Below are positions 1 to 12,320 of a DNA stretch of 64,000 bases, piece by piece (the first letter of the stretch is position 1; the number at the start of each line of letters is the position of its first letter). The position numbers and the translations under genes were made by a program. The stretch comes from Phyllosticta citribraziliensis. Taxonomy: Eukaryota. The stretch lies in NCBI RefSeq assembly GCF_038025025.1, contig NW_027117342.1:1364001-1428000 (forward strand), given 5' to 3'. A model generated the notes under the pieces. The model saw only the letters and a program-made list of their open reading frames with translations, was not told the DNA's origin and searched no databases.

Positions 1-2806
1 AATGGTAGGCAGACTGTACTCTACCATCTTGTGCTTGGTGATGCGAGTCTGCGGTCTTCCGTTCTTGCTGCGTACTTCCTCGAATCTGGCCTTGTAAATG
101 GACAAGAGACCTCCGGCGACGAGCGCGATGCGCGGGTCTCTGTGCTTGTGGCTGTAGAGCCACCGGACCGAGCTCGAGCTGACACCGTTGGCGAGAGATG
201 GCAATTGGAGCTTGTTGTCCCCTGCGTGCTTGAGATTGCTTGCGGCGCCTCCAATCGACTTGCCAATACCGGCAGCAACGGCCTTGCCACCCTTTGCGCC
301 GGCCGCAGGTGTCATGGCGAAGCCACCCAGGCTGAAGCCAGTGCCCCCGCTAGCGCTGCGGTTGCGCACAGAGGTGAAGAAAGGCTTGGCTTTGCCCGTG
401 ATATTTTGCGCCGCCGATCCAATGATGCCAGCTCCCTTTGCGCTGACGTTTTCAGAAACAGTCTCGGCTGCCTTGGGCGGCTCTGGCTTGCGAGCTCTCC
501 TCGGAGGCGGCCACTGGAAGGCTGATGCGGGCATGGGATACATGTGAACTGTTCCCTTGTCCGTAAGAATCGCAAGCCGCCTGGCGCTCGGTGCTGACCA
601 CGCAACGTCGATGATGTTGGCGACAGTCATGCGCGTAAACTTGGCCACCTGCCGGACATGAGACTGAGCGGATCGGTTTCCTCGAGTACTGCGGGAGCTA
701 GTGTGGTGCATGCAGTTGAGATCCCAAACAAACTGATTGTCGCCCTTTTTGCTAAACGTCATGAGCATCAGGCCACTGGGTGAGAATGAAAGAAAGCTAC
801 ACCCAAGAGGAGCGGCAAAGGTGGTGAGAGGCTGCAGCGCAGACCTGTTTCGCGACGTCTCCGCATCTGCCAACTTCTGCAAGTCAAAGATTGACACCAC
901 AGACGGCTCGTTCGAAGCCTGGACGGAGTTTTGATTGTGACCATGCGTGGGAGGAAAGTACGGTTGACCTTGGCTATCGGTCTGAAGAATGTCATTGGGT
1001 GCCTGGTCCGGGGTTGGCTTGGTCCAATAGTTTTTCCAGGCCTGCATTCCAGTGTTTGCCGCCCACTGCACGCCTTTCATGGCCTGCTGGGTTAACTCGC
1101 GGGAAGCATTCTTGAAGAAGCCGTCTTCGGGAGCGTCCACCTGGCAGTTTGGAGACGGCGGAGGAGGCGGAGCGTGAGTGGTAATCCCGGGGGGCTTTGG
1201 ATACGTTGGCGACAGCAAAGGAGCGCCATTGAGCGAGTAGAGATTCGAAGACGCTGGAGGAACGACAGCGATCCAACGCTCGCTCAAGGAAAAGAGCGGA
1301 TATCCGTATTGAGCCGGGCTCTCGACTTCAAGGCTGTTGATTTCGGTCGAACTCGACGTACTTGATACAGGCGTGTGGTCGCGGATCTGTACGGTAGTCC
1401 AAACCTTCCCAATGCATCTGAATGCTTCGGGTTGGGCTTCGTCCCTCTTCGGAGTGAACAAGAAGACTTCTCCGCTGCAGCCAGACGCCACAACGACGAA
1501 TTTTCCATTCGCGTCGATGCGGAGGTCTCCCGAAGGCGGAGGGGCGCGGAACATTGGGCTTTGCAGAGAACTCGAGCAGGCTACGGGCGGCGCTCGAAAT
1601 AGCGTGGCGATGTGTTGGCCTTTTTTCAGAGACCACACTTCTACCGTAGTTTGGTAGTGCGTCACATCAGCAATCAAGGTGTCTCCAGCAACCGAAGCAG
1701 GCCGGGTTGGAGGACTGGACGAGCCGTCATTCTCGTCAGTGCCACCTCCAGAAGAAGAGCCGCTAGAGTGACGGGCATCCTTGATACCATCCACTACTGG
1801 ACCGTGAACGATGAGAGCCACCAAGGGCCGGTCTTCAGCACACGGATCTGAGCCGCGACCCCAAGGGAGAATCTTTGCGCCAATGACTGAACCTCTCAGT
1901 CCCTCGACCCTTCCCAACACGTTCATGTGTTGTGCTCCGACATCAAAGACGTCTAGACCTCCCTCGTATCCAACAAGGAGAGCATTCTGTCCAACACGCA
2001 GAGACGGCTTGTCTCCAGCGGCATCCAAAGAGTCGAAGCCACAAAAGTAGCCGTTGCTCCCCGGCGCCAGCTCGCCCTGTGGCGCGTCCAATCCAAAATC
2101 GATGTCCGGGAGACCGTAGTAGTGCGTCTGCGGCTGGTGGGGCAGCGGCGGTTGTTGATTGTGGTGGGAGAACATGGAAGCGCGTCGATCCCGCGGCGGG
2201 GACTGCTGCGGCGACCCCTGCAACCTGCCGCCAAAGCTTGGGTAGTGGTTTGGGTGACTCATGGGGCGACCGCCAAGACTGGGTGGGGAGTTGGAGATGG
2301 CAAAGTTTTGACCCGGGGAGCCGCTCACGCTTCTCCCATTGGAATGAGGGGGTTGGCCGGCGAAGAATGGAAGCGACTTTGTCCACTCGCTGGTATAGTG
2401 AGCAGCAGTTGACGTTGTGGTTCCAAAGGCTTGCAAGATGGGGGACGTGGCCGGATTGGGGGACGCTGGGTAGCGAGCAATGTTCTGAGGTGATTTTGTT
2501 CTGGCAGCAGTGTAAGCGACGTGTACGGAGCAAGAGCTTGAGGCTGTGAAGATTGCGGAAAGGGAGGGTGAAGATTAGGAATGGCGATCTTCCACGTTCA
2601 GCCACGCGCTTGTCCGGTCCTTGGAGGCGCCAACGGCCCCTGACCTAGCAGCTTGATCATGGCAAACACAAACAACACGCAAAGAAGTGGCATTTTGAAG
2701 ACGGCAAAGGGACCGAAGAGGCAAACAGGACTGGTATGGAGCTTGTGGCCGTTGGGCGGCAGGGCGACTCACTGTCTGGGATATATTCGCGTAACTCTCT
2801 CCCCAT
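1..2806 (-). CDS. BCAS3/Atg18-like WD40 beta-propeller protein (autophagy-associated family), 3'-partial (runs off the left edge)
   Basis: Minus-strand frame open from 2543 to base 1; absent from the ORF track because there is no stop in the window. Manual translation gives LLVGYEGGLDVFDV, PLFSLSERWIAVV, CSFLSFSPSGLMLMTFSKKGDNQFVWDL and FTRMTVANIIDVAWSAPSARRLAILTDKGTVHMYP, which resemble BCAS3-family blades. Probable exon 1 is 2806-2773 (MGRELREYIPD). The intron 2772-2544 (GTGAGT...CTAAT...CAG) has matching phase 1. The start codon is uncertain. Confidence 0.8.
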
Positions 2807-3268
2807 AGCGATCCTTTCGCCCAAATTCATACTTGGATATGTTCCGCCCGCGCACCTGCAAGTTGTTGTCCACAGCTCTTGACCGGTTCCGCTGATGCTG
2901 GTACAGGTATCCAATGCTTATAGGAGGGGGGTTCGTCAGGGCAGCCGCGTTCTCGGGCGATGAGGGCATGAAATGGGCTTGGAGGGACGGAGACGAGGAG
3001 AGAGCTGATGGGCCGAGCAGACGAGGTACCGAGATGAAGAGAGGAGGGACTGTCGGCACAGGGTGGGCGAGGGGGAGGGGGTTGTGGCTCCGGTTGGAGG
3101 CGGGGTGGACGTGGCGGAGAGGACGTCACAGCGCTTCGACCGGAGAGGTCACTCGGCCCGTGATGTGAGCGTGTGTCGCTTGCCGCGCGTGCCGACGGGC
3201 TGTGGCGGCAGGTGGACAGCGAGTGTCTCTCAGGCGTCCGGTGGTGATGGCTGTCGCGATAGGGTGCT

Positions 3269-3746
3269 GTAGGGTAGGGTAGGGTAGGGCGCGGGAGACA
3301 GGACGTCAGGTCAGGTCAGGTCGCGGGGCAGCAAGAGGGTGGGTCGCAGGCGATTGGGAGAGGCTGTCGAGGAATCGGACAGCGGAGGTTTGAAGGCTAT
3401 GCGGAGGGCATAGGCGATGGATGCAAAGTGTTGGGCGCGGTGCAGATGTTGTTGAGAGGAGGTACCTCTGGTGGCAGGGAGAGGAGCGAGTTGATAGGCA
3501 ATCGGATGGACTTGGACTTGGACTTGGACTTGCAAGATGCCCCGCGGCAGCGGCAGCTGCAGCAAAGAAGTCCAGGCCGGTCATTTGTCCGCTTTCGTCG
3601 CGCCCACGGCACTCGCGCGGCGTGCAGCCACAGGGGCCGCCGTCGCCGGCCACGACTTTGCCCTCCCTCTTATCGCAGGTCGCGACCTTCATTCCGCTCT
3701 TCACATCCGTCGTCTCCATCTTCACGACCTGGACCTGGACCTGGAC
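3269..3746. repeat. Cluster of short microsatellites: (GTAGG)n ~3269, (GTCAG)n ~3305, (GGACTT)n ~3507, (ACCTGG)n ~3727
   Basis: Tandem 5-6-mers of 3-4 copies each, read directly in the intergenic region. Confidence 0.8.
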
Positions 3747-4796
3747 CGTCTTCATGACCGCCAGTCTCTCCTTCATTGCGCCAACTTCATCGTCACGCGC
3801 TCGCCCACCCCACCGCCACCCCGCCGCCACACTCTTCGTCGTTGTTCGCTGCCTTCACTTCACCAAAGGATGACCCCTGGGCATGCCTCGAGTCCCGCCT
3901 GACTGCTCCTCTCACGACGAACATGACCACCGACGCGACCTGTCTCTTTGTCTCTCTCATCTTGCCCACCCCGCCAGCCAGCACGCAATCCAAAGACACT
4001 AGCTGCCACACGTTGCGCCATCTATCCCGTCATTTCCAGCTCGCTCTATTTCCACGGCGCGTCCGTTTCAGGAACCATTTGGCCTCAAGTCGTGGCCAGC
4101 GCCTCTGGTGCCCTTCTATTCCTGGACCGGCCCTTCCGTCCCGCGTGCATCCACTCACTCGCTGAGCCCTGTCCCGTGCTGCTAATGTTTGGTCGTCGTC
4201 TTCAAACAAGACACGCCAATGGGCATTTTGGCCGTACAAACTACATGTGACCCTTGTTCCAGCTGTCCAACGTTGACGCCACGCCCGCTGCATAGTCGCA
4301 TCACAACTCTTGTGCCCGTATGGTTTCACCGCAATCCTATTTCATAACGAGAAACACGCGCCCAGTGCCGCTGATCTCGTTCGGCTTGGTAAATTGCACA
4401 AATCAAGACGCCCTCCGTGTGTCCCTTGGATCTTCAAGTTTCTGCCTGCTGATTTAGGCTGTCACGATTTCTTCTGGTCGTTATACTTGCCTGCTGGGCA
4501 TTGAAGCGTGCGCCCTGTGCAAACACGCACTGCCTACTCAATGGCCACGGGGAGAAAAACACCAAAGCTGCATGGCAAAATTATAAACTTTCGTTGGGTG
4601 ACACTACTGACAGCTCAAGCGCTGAAGATGCTTGACGAACGCCGTACCACACAAAATGTTACCTGAACCATAACCCTAACACACGCCTCATGTCCAACAC
4701 ATGCAGCCACCACCTCAACTAAACGCTATCCAATCCATACCCATGTCCCTCCTAATCCGCATCCAAGCCCGTCCATCACCGCGTACGCGCCGCCAC

Positions 4797-5995
4797 TCAG
4801 GCTGCACCTTCGCCCTTGCCCGCAGCACCCCCACAGATGCTCCCCACAAACTCCCTATATCTGAACACCTCCCCGCGTACCAATCCACCCTTGCCACCCT
4901 TGGCCAATGCCCTGCGGCCCCTGAATCCTTCAACCACCCTCTCCACCTCCCGACCGCTTAACCGTTCCGCCTCGCCTCCCTCTAGTCCAGAAACACTGGA
5001 CAGTGCCTCGGTCAACTCGCCCACGTCAATCTGCCCGTCGTCGCCATCATCAAACGCCTCGAAAGCTGCCATGAGCTCCTGCTCGCGGCTCATGGGTGCC
5101 AACAGACCGGCCAGCATGTTCAAGTAGGACGCAAGATTGAGGGATTGCGGCCCAGAGGGTGGAAAGAAGGACGACAGTAGCGCCGGCGTCGGATCTAGGC
5201 CGACCTGCGACAGCGCTTCGGTAATGGCGGCGGGCGTGATGACGCCGGCATTGTTGGCGTCGAGGACGGAGAAGGATTCGCGCATCGAGTGGAGGAGCGA
5301 CGGGGGAAGGCGGGTCAGGGGGTCCGAGGTCGTGGTCGAGTTGGCGCGGGGTTTGTTGGAAGCTTTGGATGTGGTGTTGAAAAAGTCGATTGTGGCAGTC
5401 GTTGTGGGGGGCGGGTTGTTGTTATTGCGCCGGGCCATGGGTGGGGAAGAAGGTGCTTTGACAGTGCTGCCGCCGTCGGTCGTGACAGTTTGCGATGTCA
5501 TGTTCCGCTGTATAGGAGGTCGCGTGGGCGAGGCTGGCGGCGTATTGTTTGTGGATTTGAGCGCCGTGAAGAATGGGCTGCTCGATACTGGGCCAGCGGG
5601 AGACTTTGTTCTTTCTGAAGCCATGGGTTCGGCGGCGTCTGGAGAGGCATTTGGGGCTGCAATTGGCTCCTCACTGTTGCTCCGTAGAGATGAAGTCGAG
5701 CGACGGAAGGGGCTCTCTCTGTCCTTGGTGGGCGACAGTCGCGATGGAGTCCCTGGACGACTGGAGTCGGCGGCGGGCTTTGTGGGAGAGGCTGGTGAAC
5801 TGCGCAAGGCCGAAGGCGAGTGTGGGTTCAAAGTGGATCCTGAACGGCGAAAAGGCGAGGCACGCGAGCCATTCGAGGGGTTGAAGGAGAGGCCGCCGGG
5901 TCTGAATGGGGGGGGTTGGGCTGGTGTTGGCGACTGTTTACATGTATCAGAATGGAAGACGAGGGAAGAGCGCGAGACGGGCGGCCGCTTACCAT
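4797..5995 (-). CDS. EF-hand protein, myosin regulatory light chain (Rlc1/Mlc2)-like, with a long Ser/Pro-rich N-terminal extension (~379 aa)
   Basis: C-terminus reads MRESFSVLDANNAGVIT...ELMAAFEAFDDGDDGQIDVGELTEAL...FRYREFV. Gene model: ATG at 5995-5993, intron 5992-5934 (GTAAGC...CTGAT...CAG, phase 0), exon 2 5933-4797. Confidence 0.85.
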
Positions 5996-6467
5996 GGTGC
6001 AAAACGGAGGCAGGCAAGGTCAGGAAACGGGCAGGACGGGCGACGGTGGCAGTTCTGTAAGTGTTTGAAGCCCACTAAGTGAGGGCGGTACATGTGCTGC
6101 AGTCAGGTCAGAGTGTTGTGGTGGTCGTGGTCGTGGTCGGTGGAGCAACCAACGGACGTCAAAACCACATGCAAGCCGCCAGCCGGGCCATGGAGCCATC
6201 TATGTCCCTCAGGTCAGGGTCGCGGAAACCAAGGGGCCGCCGTCTCGCTCCACTCCACCAGTGCGCCAGCTTCCAATCCTCTCATATACCTAGGTCCCGT
6301 CGTCGCATCGCCAGTGAATCATCGCCCTCGCAGTCCATGCCTTTGTTGGAGAGCAACCCCGCGCTGCGCGTCGCCAACCCCACAGGGAACTCGCGAGCTC
6401 TGAGCACCAGCATCCCCTGCCTCTGCCTCTGCCCGGCACTGCCCATCCTCTGGTCCTCGCGGCAACC
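5996..6467. promoter_or_regulatory. Short divergent (probably bidirectional) promoter region between the RLC-like gene and mesA
   Basis: 472 bp between head-to-head start codons at 5995 (-) and 6468 (+). No specific sites identified. Confidence 0.5.
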
Positions 6468-9262
6468 ATGGCCTCTGTCGGTGTCCACGTCCAGCGCCCT
6501 GCGCTTCACTCGTCGTCCTCTGCCTCCACAACCCACCGGAAACGCCCTCGCCAGTCGTCCGGCTCGCTGTCGAGCTTCCCCCCGCGCTCTCCCTCGGTCG
6601 TCTCGCGTCCCCCGCGCTCCCCCGTCCCGCCTCCGTTCAGAGACTCCAATTCGCTGCTCTCCCCCAAAAAGTCCTACGGCTACAGCTCCGACGACGCGCG
6701 AATGCACCGCCCATTGCGCTCCCAGTACCCCCGCAACTCCCCCGATAACCATGTCGAGTACATCTTGGTCGCCAGCTTCGACATTGATAGGGGGAGTACC
6801 ATGGAACACCAGTACCCTGGGCCCATCAGCGGCGACGAGCACATGCTGGCCGATCTGATGTTGCCCGACCAAGCCCACATGCGCAGCCAGGACTGGACCG
6901 TCTTTTTCTTGCACAAGGACACCGAGGCCGAGGAGGAGGCCAAGGAGGAGCGCCGCGAGCAGAGGAGACAGCGCCGCGAGAGAAAGAAGCGCGCCCAAGA
7001 ATCAGGGGTCGCCGAACCCCACGGGGAATCCGACCTTGGCGATGATACCGAGGACGAGTCGACCGACGACGAGGGTTTCGAGGGACCTCCATTAATTTAC
7101 GTACTGAACCTGGTCAACACCAAGCAAGATCAGACTGTGAGGAGGTGAGACAGCCCGTCGCATGGCTTGAGACTGTTACTGACCGTGCTCAGAGGCGCCG
7201 TCTGTAAGGCAATGGCGATATGTACTCGACACAGCTTCTTGCACATCTACAAGGTATGTCTCAATGAATGCCAACATTGCATCGACCTAACGTGTCTCAG
7301 CCAATACTGCTCCTGGCGCTTGAAGAGTACTTTCGTGCCCCGGTACCGGAGACTCTCGCCTCGCTGTATGATTCTCTGAATGCCATGGACCTATCACTCA
7401 TGCCAAAGCTTTCTTTTCTCGAGCGCAACATACTGCAGGCCTCTACTGTGCCAGACATGTTTATCGAAAAGTTTGAGCAAATGATAGCCCAGCGTCAGGC
7501 CGAAGACGCCAACAAGTCTCGCCTTGCTCTCGCAGAGGGCGAGCCACAAGAATCACCCATGGAGCAACATCAACCTACGCGATACACTCTGCCTAGAGAT
7601 ACCCATGAATTTGAGAGCCGCGTTCTTTACAATGGCATACCAGTCCCAATCAAGGTCCCATCGGCCATTAGCCCCGAGACAGTGGGGGATTTCTCACTGA
7701 TAAAACTCATCCAAACGTTTTCTACGCCTCACACAGCATCTCCGCAACCCTTTACTCTCCATCCACACCTCACCACGTCTGGTGCCTACACCCACCCCAT
7801 AATTGTCCTCGTCAATGCTCTTCTAACACAAAAGCGCATCGTCTTCCTTGGACACAATCGGCCATCAGGCGAGGTCGCGGAAGCGGTGCTGGCCGCATGT
7901 GCTCTGGCATCCGGAGGTCTATTACGAGGCTTCACTCGGCACGCCTTTCCGTATACTGACCTAACAAAGATTGACGATCTGATCAAAGTTCCGGGCTTCA
8001 TTGCGGGGGTTACGAATCCTGCATTCGCCCACAAGCCAGAATGGTGGGATCTCCTCTGCGATCTTCCGTCCGGCCGCATGAAAATTTCACACAAGATTGA
8101 AGGCGCTGGTGTCACCGAAGGCCTTTTGTACTTTCAACAGCAACAGCAGTCACATCTTCCTCCGCCGGTTTCCAGCGCTCTGAAGCAGGGGCTCGACGCA
8201 AACTTGAATATGAACATGCCCAGTACAAGCAGCAAGGACACCAAGGATCAGGACCCCACTGGAGATACTCAATTCATGGAGTCCCTTCTCGCCGCCATTG
8301 CTAACCGCCTGGGCGAAGGAGCGATTCGATCTCGATGGCGCGACTGGGTCTTGAAATTCACGCGGATTGCGGCAGTGTTCGAGGAGACTGTCTATGGGGC
8401 ATCAGCCCTGCACATTGGCGCCACGACCTCGACACTCTCTCCGACCTCCTCTCCCGCTGCCGAAATCGAGCGCAATGCAGGCGGAACCTTCTTCCCCCTC
8501 CTCGACCCGAGCGTCAAAGGTCACGGCTACGTGTGGGCTACCGAGGCCGAGAGGATGAAGGAAATGGCCGCCAACGTGCACCGTGTTGAAGGATGGCGCA
8601 ACACGCGGTCCTATTACTCGTATGTGCAAGACTTGGCCCGGATTTGGGAACGCCAGCCAATACGCAACCTCGACCTTCTCTGGCTGCATGACCAGCTGCG
8701 CGAGACTCGAGTAAGCCACGACCAAAGCGCCAGTATCTACCTCGCTCTGGCGCGTTCAGTTGAGGACGCTGCCAAACCCACACCGGAGGAGGCACGCATG
8801 CTCGCCAGAGCGACGGCCAACGGCGACTCTGGCGGGCCTGGTTCTCCCTCGACCATGGTGTCGCCGCGCAGTGCGCCGCGCGGCGGCAACAACAACAACA
8901 ACCACAACAACTCGCAGACACCCAACGGAGGTAGCAACTCGCCAAACAGCCAGGCCGTCAACCGCATGATTGCGCAAGCTGGCTCGCAGCGGCAATACGA
9001 CACGATTCTGCAGTTGCTCAGCGTGACGCCCGAGAGCAACTCGGGGCTTTTCTATCTTTCGCTCGGCCTCTTCCACCCCCGCGCCGACGTGCGCAACGCC
9101 GTCGTTGCCTTGCTAGACAAAGTCATGGAGCATCCGGCCGGCCGCCACTTTTGGGCTGGCCTGGGCCGCTTTGCGAAATTGGCGTTCTTTCGCATCAAGA
9201 GGGAAGAGGTGGGTGGATTGGGGTCGATTGGCGCAGGGGCCGCCTCGAGTGGGGAGTGGTAG
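6468..9262 (+). CDS. mesA: MesA / Afi1 (Arf3-interacting, DENN-related) polarity-axis protein, 899 aa
   Basis: Afi1-type N-terminus [23 protein letters not shown]...[19 protein letters not shown], and [20 protein letters not shown]...[23 protein letters not shown]. Exons 6468-7144, 7193-7253 and 7301-9262. Introns 7145-7192 and 7254-7300 are GT..AG with CTGAC/CTAAC branch sites, and the phases join to 2700 nt. Confidence 0.92.
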
Positions 9263-9786
9263 AGGAAGTAATCGCTGGTGATGGACAGTTGACTGAGAGA
9301 GGGTGGGAGTGAGCGATTGGAGGCGAGGCGAGTGACTGATACCCGTTTGGCTTTGCTGGCTTTTGGTTTTCTCTCTTCTGGATCATTTCGAGGTCAGGCC
9401 GTCCGTCCTGAATTGCGCTTCGCCGTGTTTGCACAATGGAGCGTGCCTGTACGTTATAGCGCTGTGGGTATGGGTTGATGAATGGGTATACCGCTGGAGT
9501 ATTGGTAGTAGTGGACGATGGCAGCTGTCGCAGCAGTCAGTCAGTATACATGCATGGCATTCTGCATCTCCTCCTCTTCCAATCCTCCGCCTGTGCTGCT
9601 CAAACAAGGAGGTCTGGACAGACTTTGTGCCTTCATCTAATCTCGATCAGATAGAGGCAAGCAATCAAGACTGCAGCGGCAGCGCAGCAGCAATGGCAGA
9701 GCACGCCGCACCCCAGGATCGCCCTAAGAGCCGTCCAGCCGCGATGCCGCCCGTCAGGATTCGACCTGACTGACTGACTGACCCGC

Positions 9787-9922
9787 TGACACTCAAATAA
9801 TCGGGGTATGGTGGTTTCAGTAACTTATATGATTGATGCTAAGTCTAAGGTCTATTAGGCTAGGATAACTAACTAAAGTACTACTCCTAATATTCTACTA
9901 TATATATAACTTCTACCCTATA
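9787..9922 (-). repeat. Family A 3' LTR (136 bp)
   Basis: Aligns without gaps to 61818-61953; the differences are C>T/G>A transitions. Confidence 0.93.
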
Positions 9923-12320
9923 GCTTACCTCCCTTTTTCTTAAAGTTAATACTAGTAGATTAGCTTTATTAAGCCTAGATCTTAAAAGTAAATCTCTAAT
10001 CTATTAGAATATACTTAAAGTACCTTTTCTACTATATAAATTACCTTATACTAGTAAATAAAATAAAAGTAATATTAAGTAAGTTACCTCCCCTATTACT
10101 ATTTTAATAAAAGTATACTACTATCCTTTTAATATTAGACTATTATTAGGTCTATTAAATAAAAGAGTAATACTTAGAATACTATTTATAAATAAGTAGC
10201 TAGTAAAGGAAATACTTTTATTATTATCTTATTATTATTATAATAGTAGTTATAAATAAAAGGAAACTAATTATACTAAATATAAAGTAATAGGGATAGA
10301 TATCTTTAGTCTATATCCTTTATATTATTAGTATTAATAATTATCTAGGAATCCTTAGTCTACTTAGTAGCTATAGTTAATTTATTATAACCCTTAGTAG
10401 TCTTTATATACTTCCTAGTAGTTACCTACTTAGTACCCTTCTTAGTACTACTAGAGTTAACCTTATTAGTATTAGACTTATCTACTATTATATTAACTTT
10501 TATACTCTTAACTAGCTACTTAGGAGTCTTCTTCTTAGGACTATTAGATTTAGCTAGCTTTAATAGCTTAGGGTTAGTAAGGTTTACTATAGTAGAGTTA
10601 TATTAATTCTCTTTATTAGCTACCTTTATAAGATTATTATAAATAGCTATATATTTACTATACTCCTAAAGAAGCTCTAGAGTTAAAGTAATATCCTTAG
10701 GGATATCTATAATTAGAGTAACTAGAGATATTAGTAAGTAAATAACCTTAATATTAAGGCCCTTAACTAGTATTAATCTATTTTTCTTAAGTTAGTAGTT
10801 AGTAGTATTAAGTATATTTTTAAGGTCTATTACTTATTACTCCCTTAGGTTAAATATAGTCTTTAGTAGACTAATATATTTCTTATAAGGGTTAAGGTAT
10901 AACTTAATCTTAGCCTATATACTCTTAATATACTTTTTATACTTAATATCTTAATAAGCCTTTATTTTTACTAATTTAATTAGCTACTTAATATTTATAC
11001 TAAGATACTTAAGACTTAAAATATCTATAATAATAGGTTAGTCTAATATATAGGAGATTACCTTAAGGAATATTATATCCTTTATTACTACTTCTTCTTT
11101 AACTAATAGTTCTATAGCTCTAAACTTACTACTTATTAAATAATGTACTTAGGTAATAACTAAGATCTTATACTAATATAGATTACTATTAGTCTTATAA
11201 TATAGTAGATTTAATTAGTATAGAATATAATAACCTCCCTTAAAGAGATATTTATATATATAATCTATTAATCCTAAGTTATCCTAAGTAAAGTAGTATA
11301 AGACTAAGTTAACTTTTAAACTTCCTTCCTTAGTAGTATTATCTAGGAAGTTCTTAATAAGCTATACTATACTAATAAATATCTTCTTATTATAGGTTAA
11401 TATCTTAGCCTTTTAGAGAAGTAGCTTCTTCTTTATAAGCTCCTTCCTTTATTCTAATATTAGGCTAGAGATATAGTAGGATAACTATTATCTAGGTATA
11501 TATACTAGTATAGTATTAGTACTATTACTAAACTTAGGTAGCTCTATTAGAGTAACCCTTATAGCCTTAAGAGGGATATTATTACTATCTATATTATTAT
11601 TTATCTTAAGATTATACTTCCTTTTCTTATTAATACTAAAATACTATATATTATCTTCTATTCCTAAAGTTAGGGCTATTAGAGAAGTACTTAATTATAT
11701 AGCTTTAAGACTACTACTAGTATAGTCTTTATCCTTTTATACTCTAGATCTATTAATACCTTTATCTTTCTTACTAATATACTTAGAGACTCTTACTACC
11801 TAAAGGTAGAGATTATTAATAGTAAACTATAGGTCTACCTTATTATCTAGTATAACTAGTCTATTACCTATATATATAAAACCCTAGTAGTAAAGATTTA
11901 TCACGACTTACAGATTTCTCATTATGTAGGTGAGGGCTAAAGGCAAACTACTAAAGAATATATATATATCTTAATTAAATCTAATAAGTTAAAAGAATAA
12001 AATATAAAAGATATTTACTACCTATATATTTCCTAGTCCTTCTTTTATACTATTCTACCTCTTATCCTTTGTATAAGGGTCCTTGGTTATTATTAGGTGA
12101 GTTATAAAGGTAAGGTATTAATGGGCTATTATATAGTATCTGCCTAGGGCTATAGTAGCTGGTACTAGGCTGTAGTAGCTAGTACTAGCCTGTAGGTTTT
12201 AGCCTAAGCTATAGTAGGCTACTACCTGAGGTAAGGCTTGTGCTTCTTATAACTATATAATGCTAGGTTTATCTATGCTGGCCCTAGTACTTATATAGGT
12301 ATGTATATACCTATTATAAT

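Noticed and set aside
21..2605. Many short ORF-track entries including 1943-2605 (-)
   Set aside because: Off-frame or antisense to the BCAS3-like frame, which the track missed because it has no stop in the window.
3306..3902. Overlapping 70-174 aa ORFs on both strands
   Set aside because: GC-rich, microsatellite-laden intergenic DNA; the translations are low-complexity (VQVQVQ, SPSPSP) with no recognisable domain.
5137..6998. Long ORFs 5137-6060 (+), 6079-6858 (+) and 6282-6998 (-)
   Set aside because: Antisense or alternate-frame shadows of the RLC-like and mesA genes.
9363..9773. 136-aa ORF, and ORFs at 61909-62426, as a gene disrupted by the insertion
   Set aside because: No recognisable homology or convincing joined frame across the reconstructed empty site.
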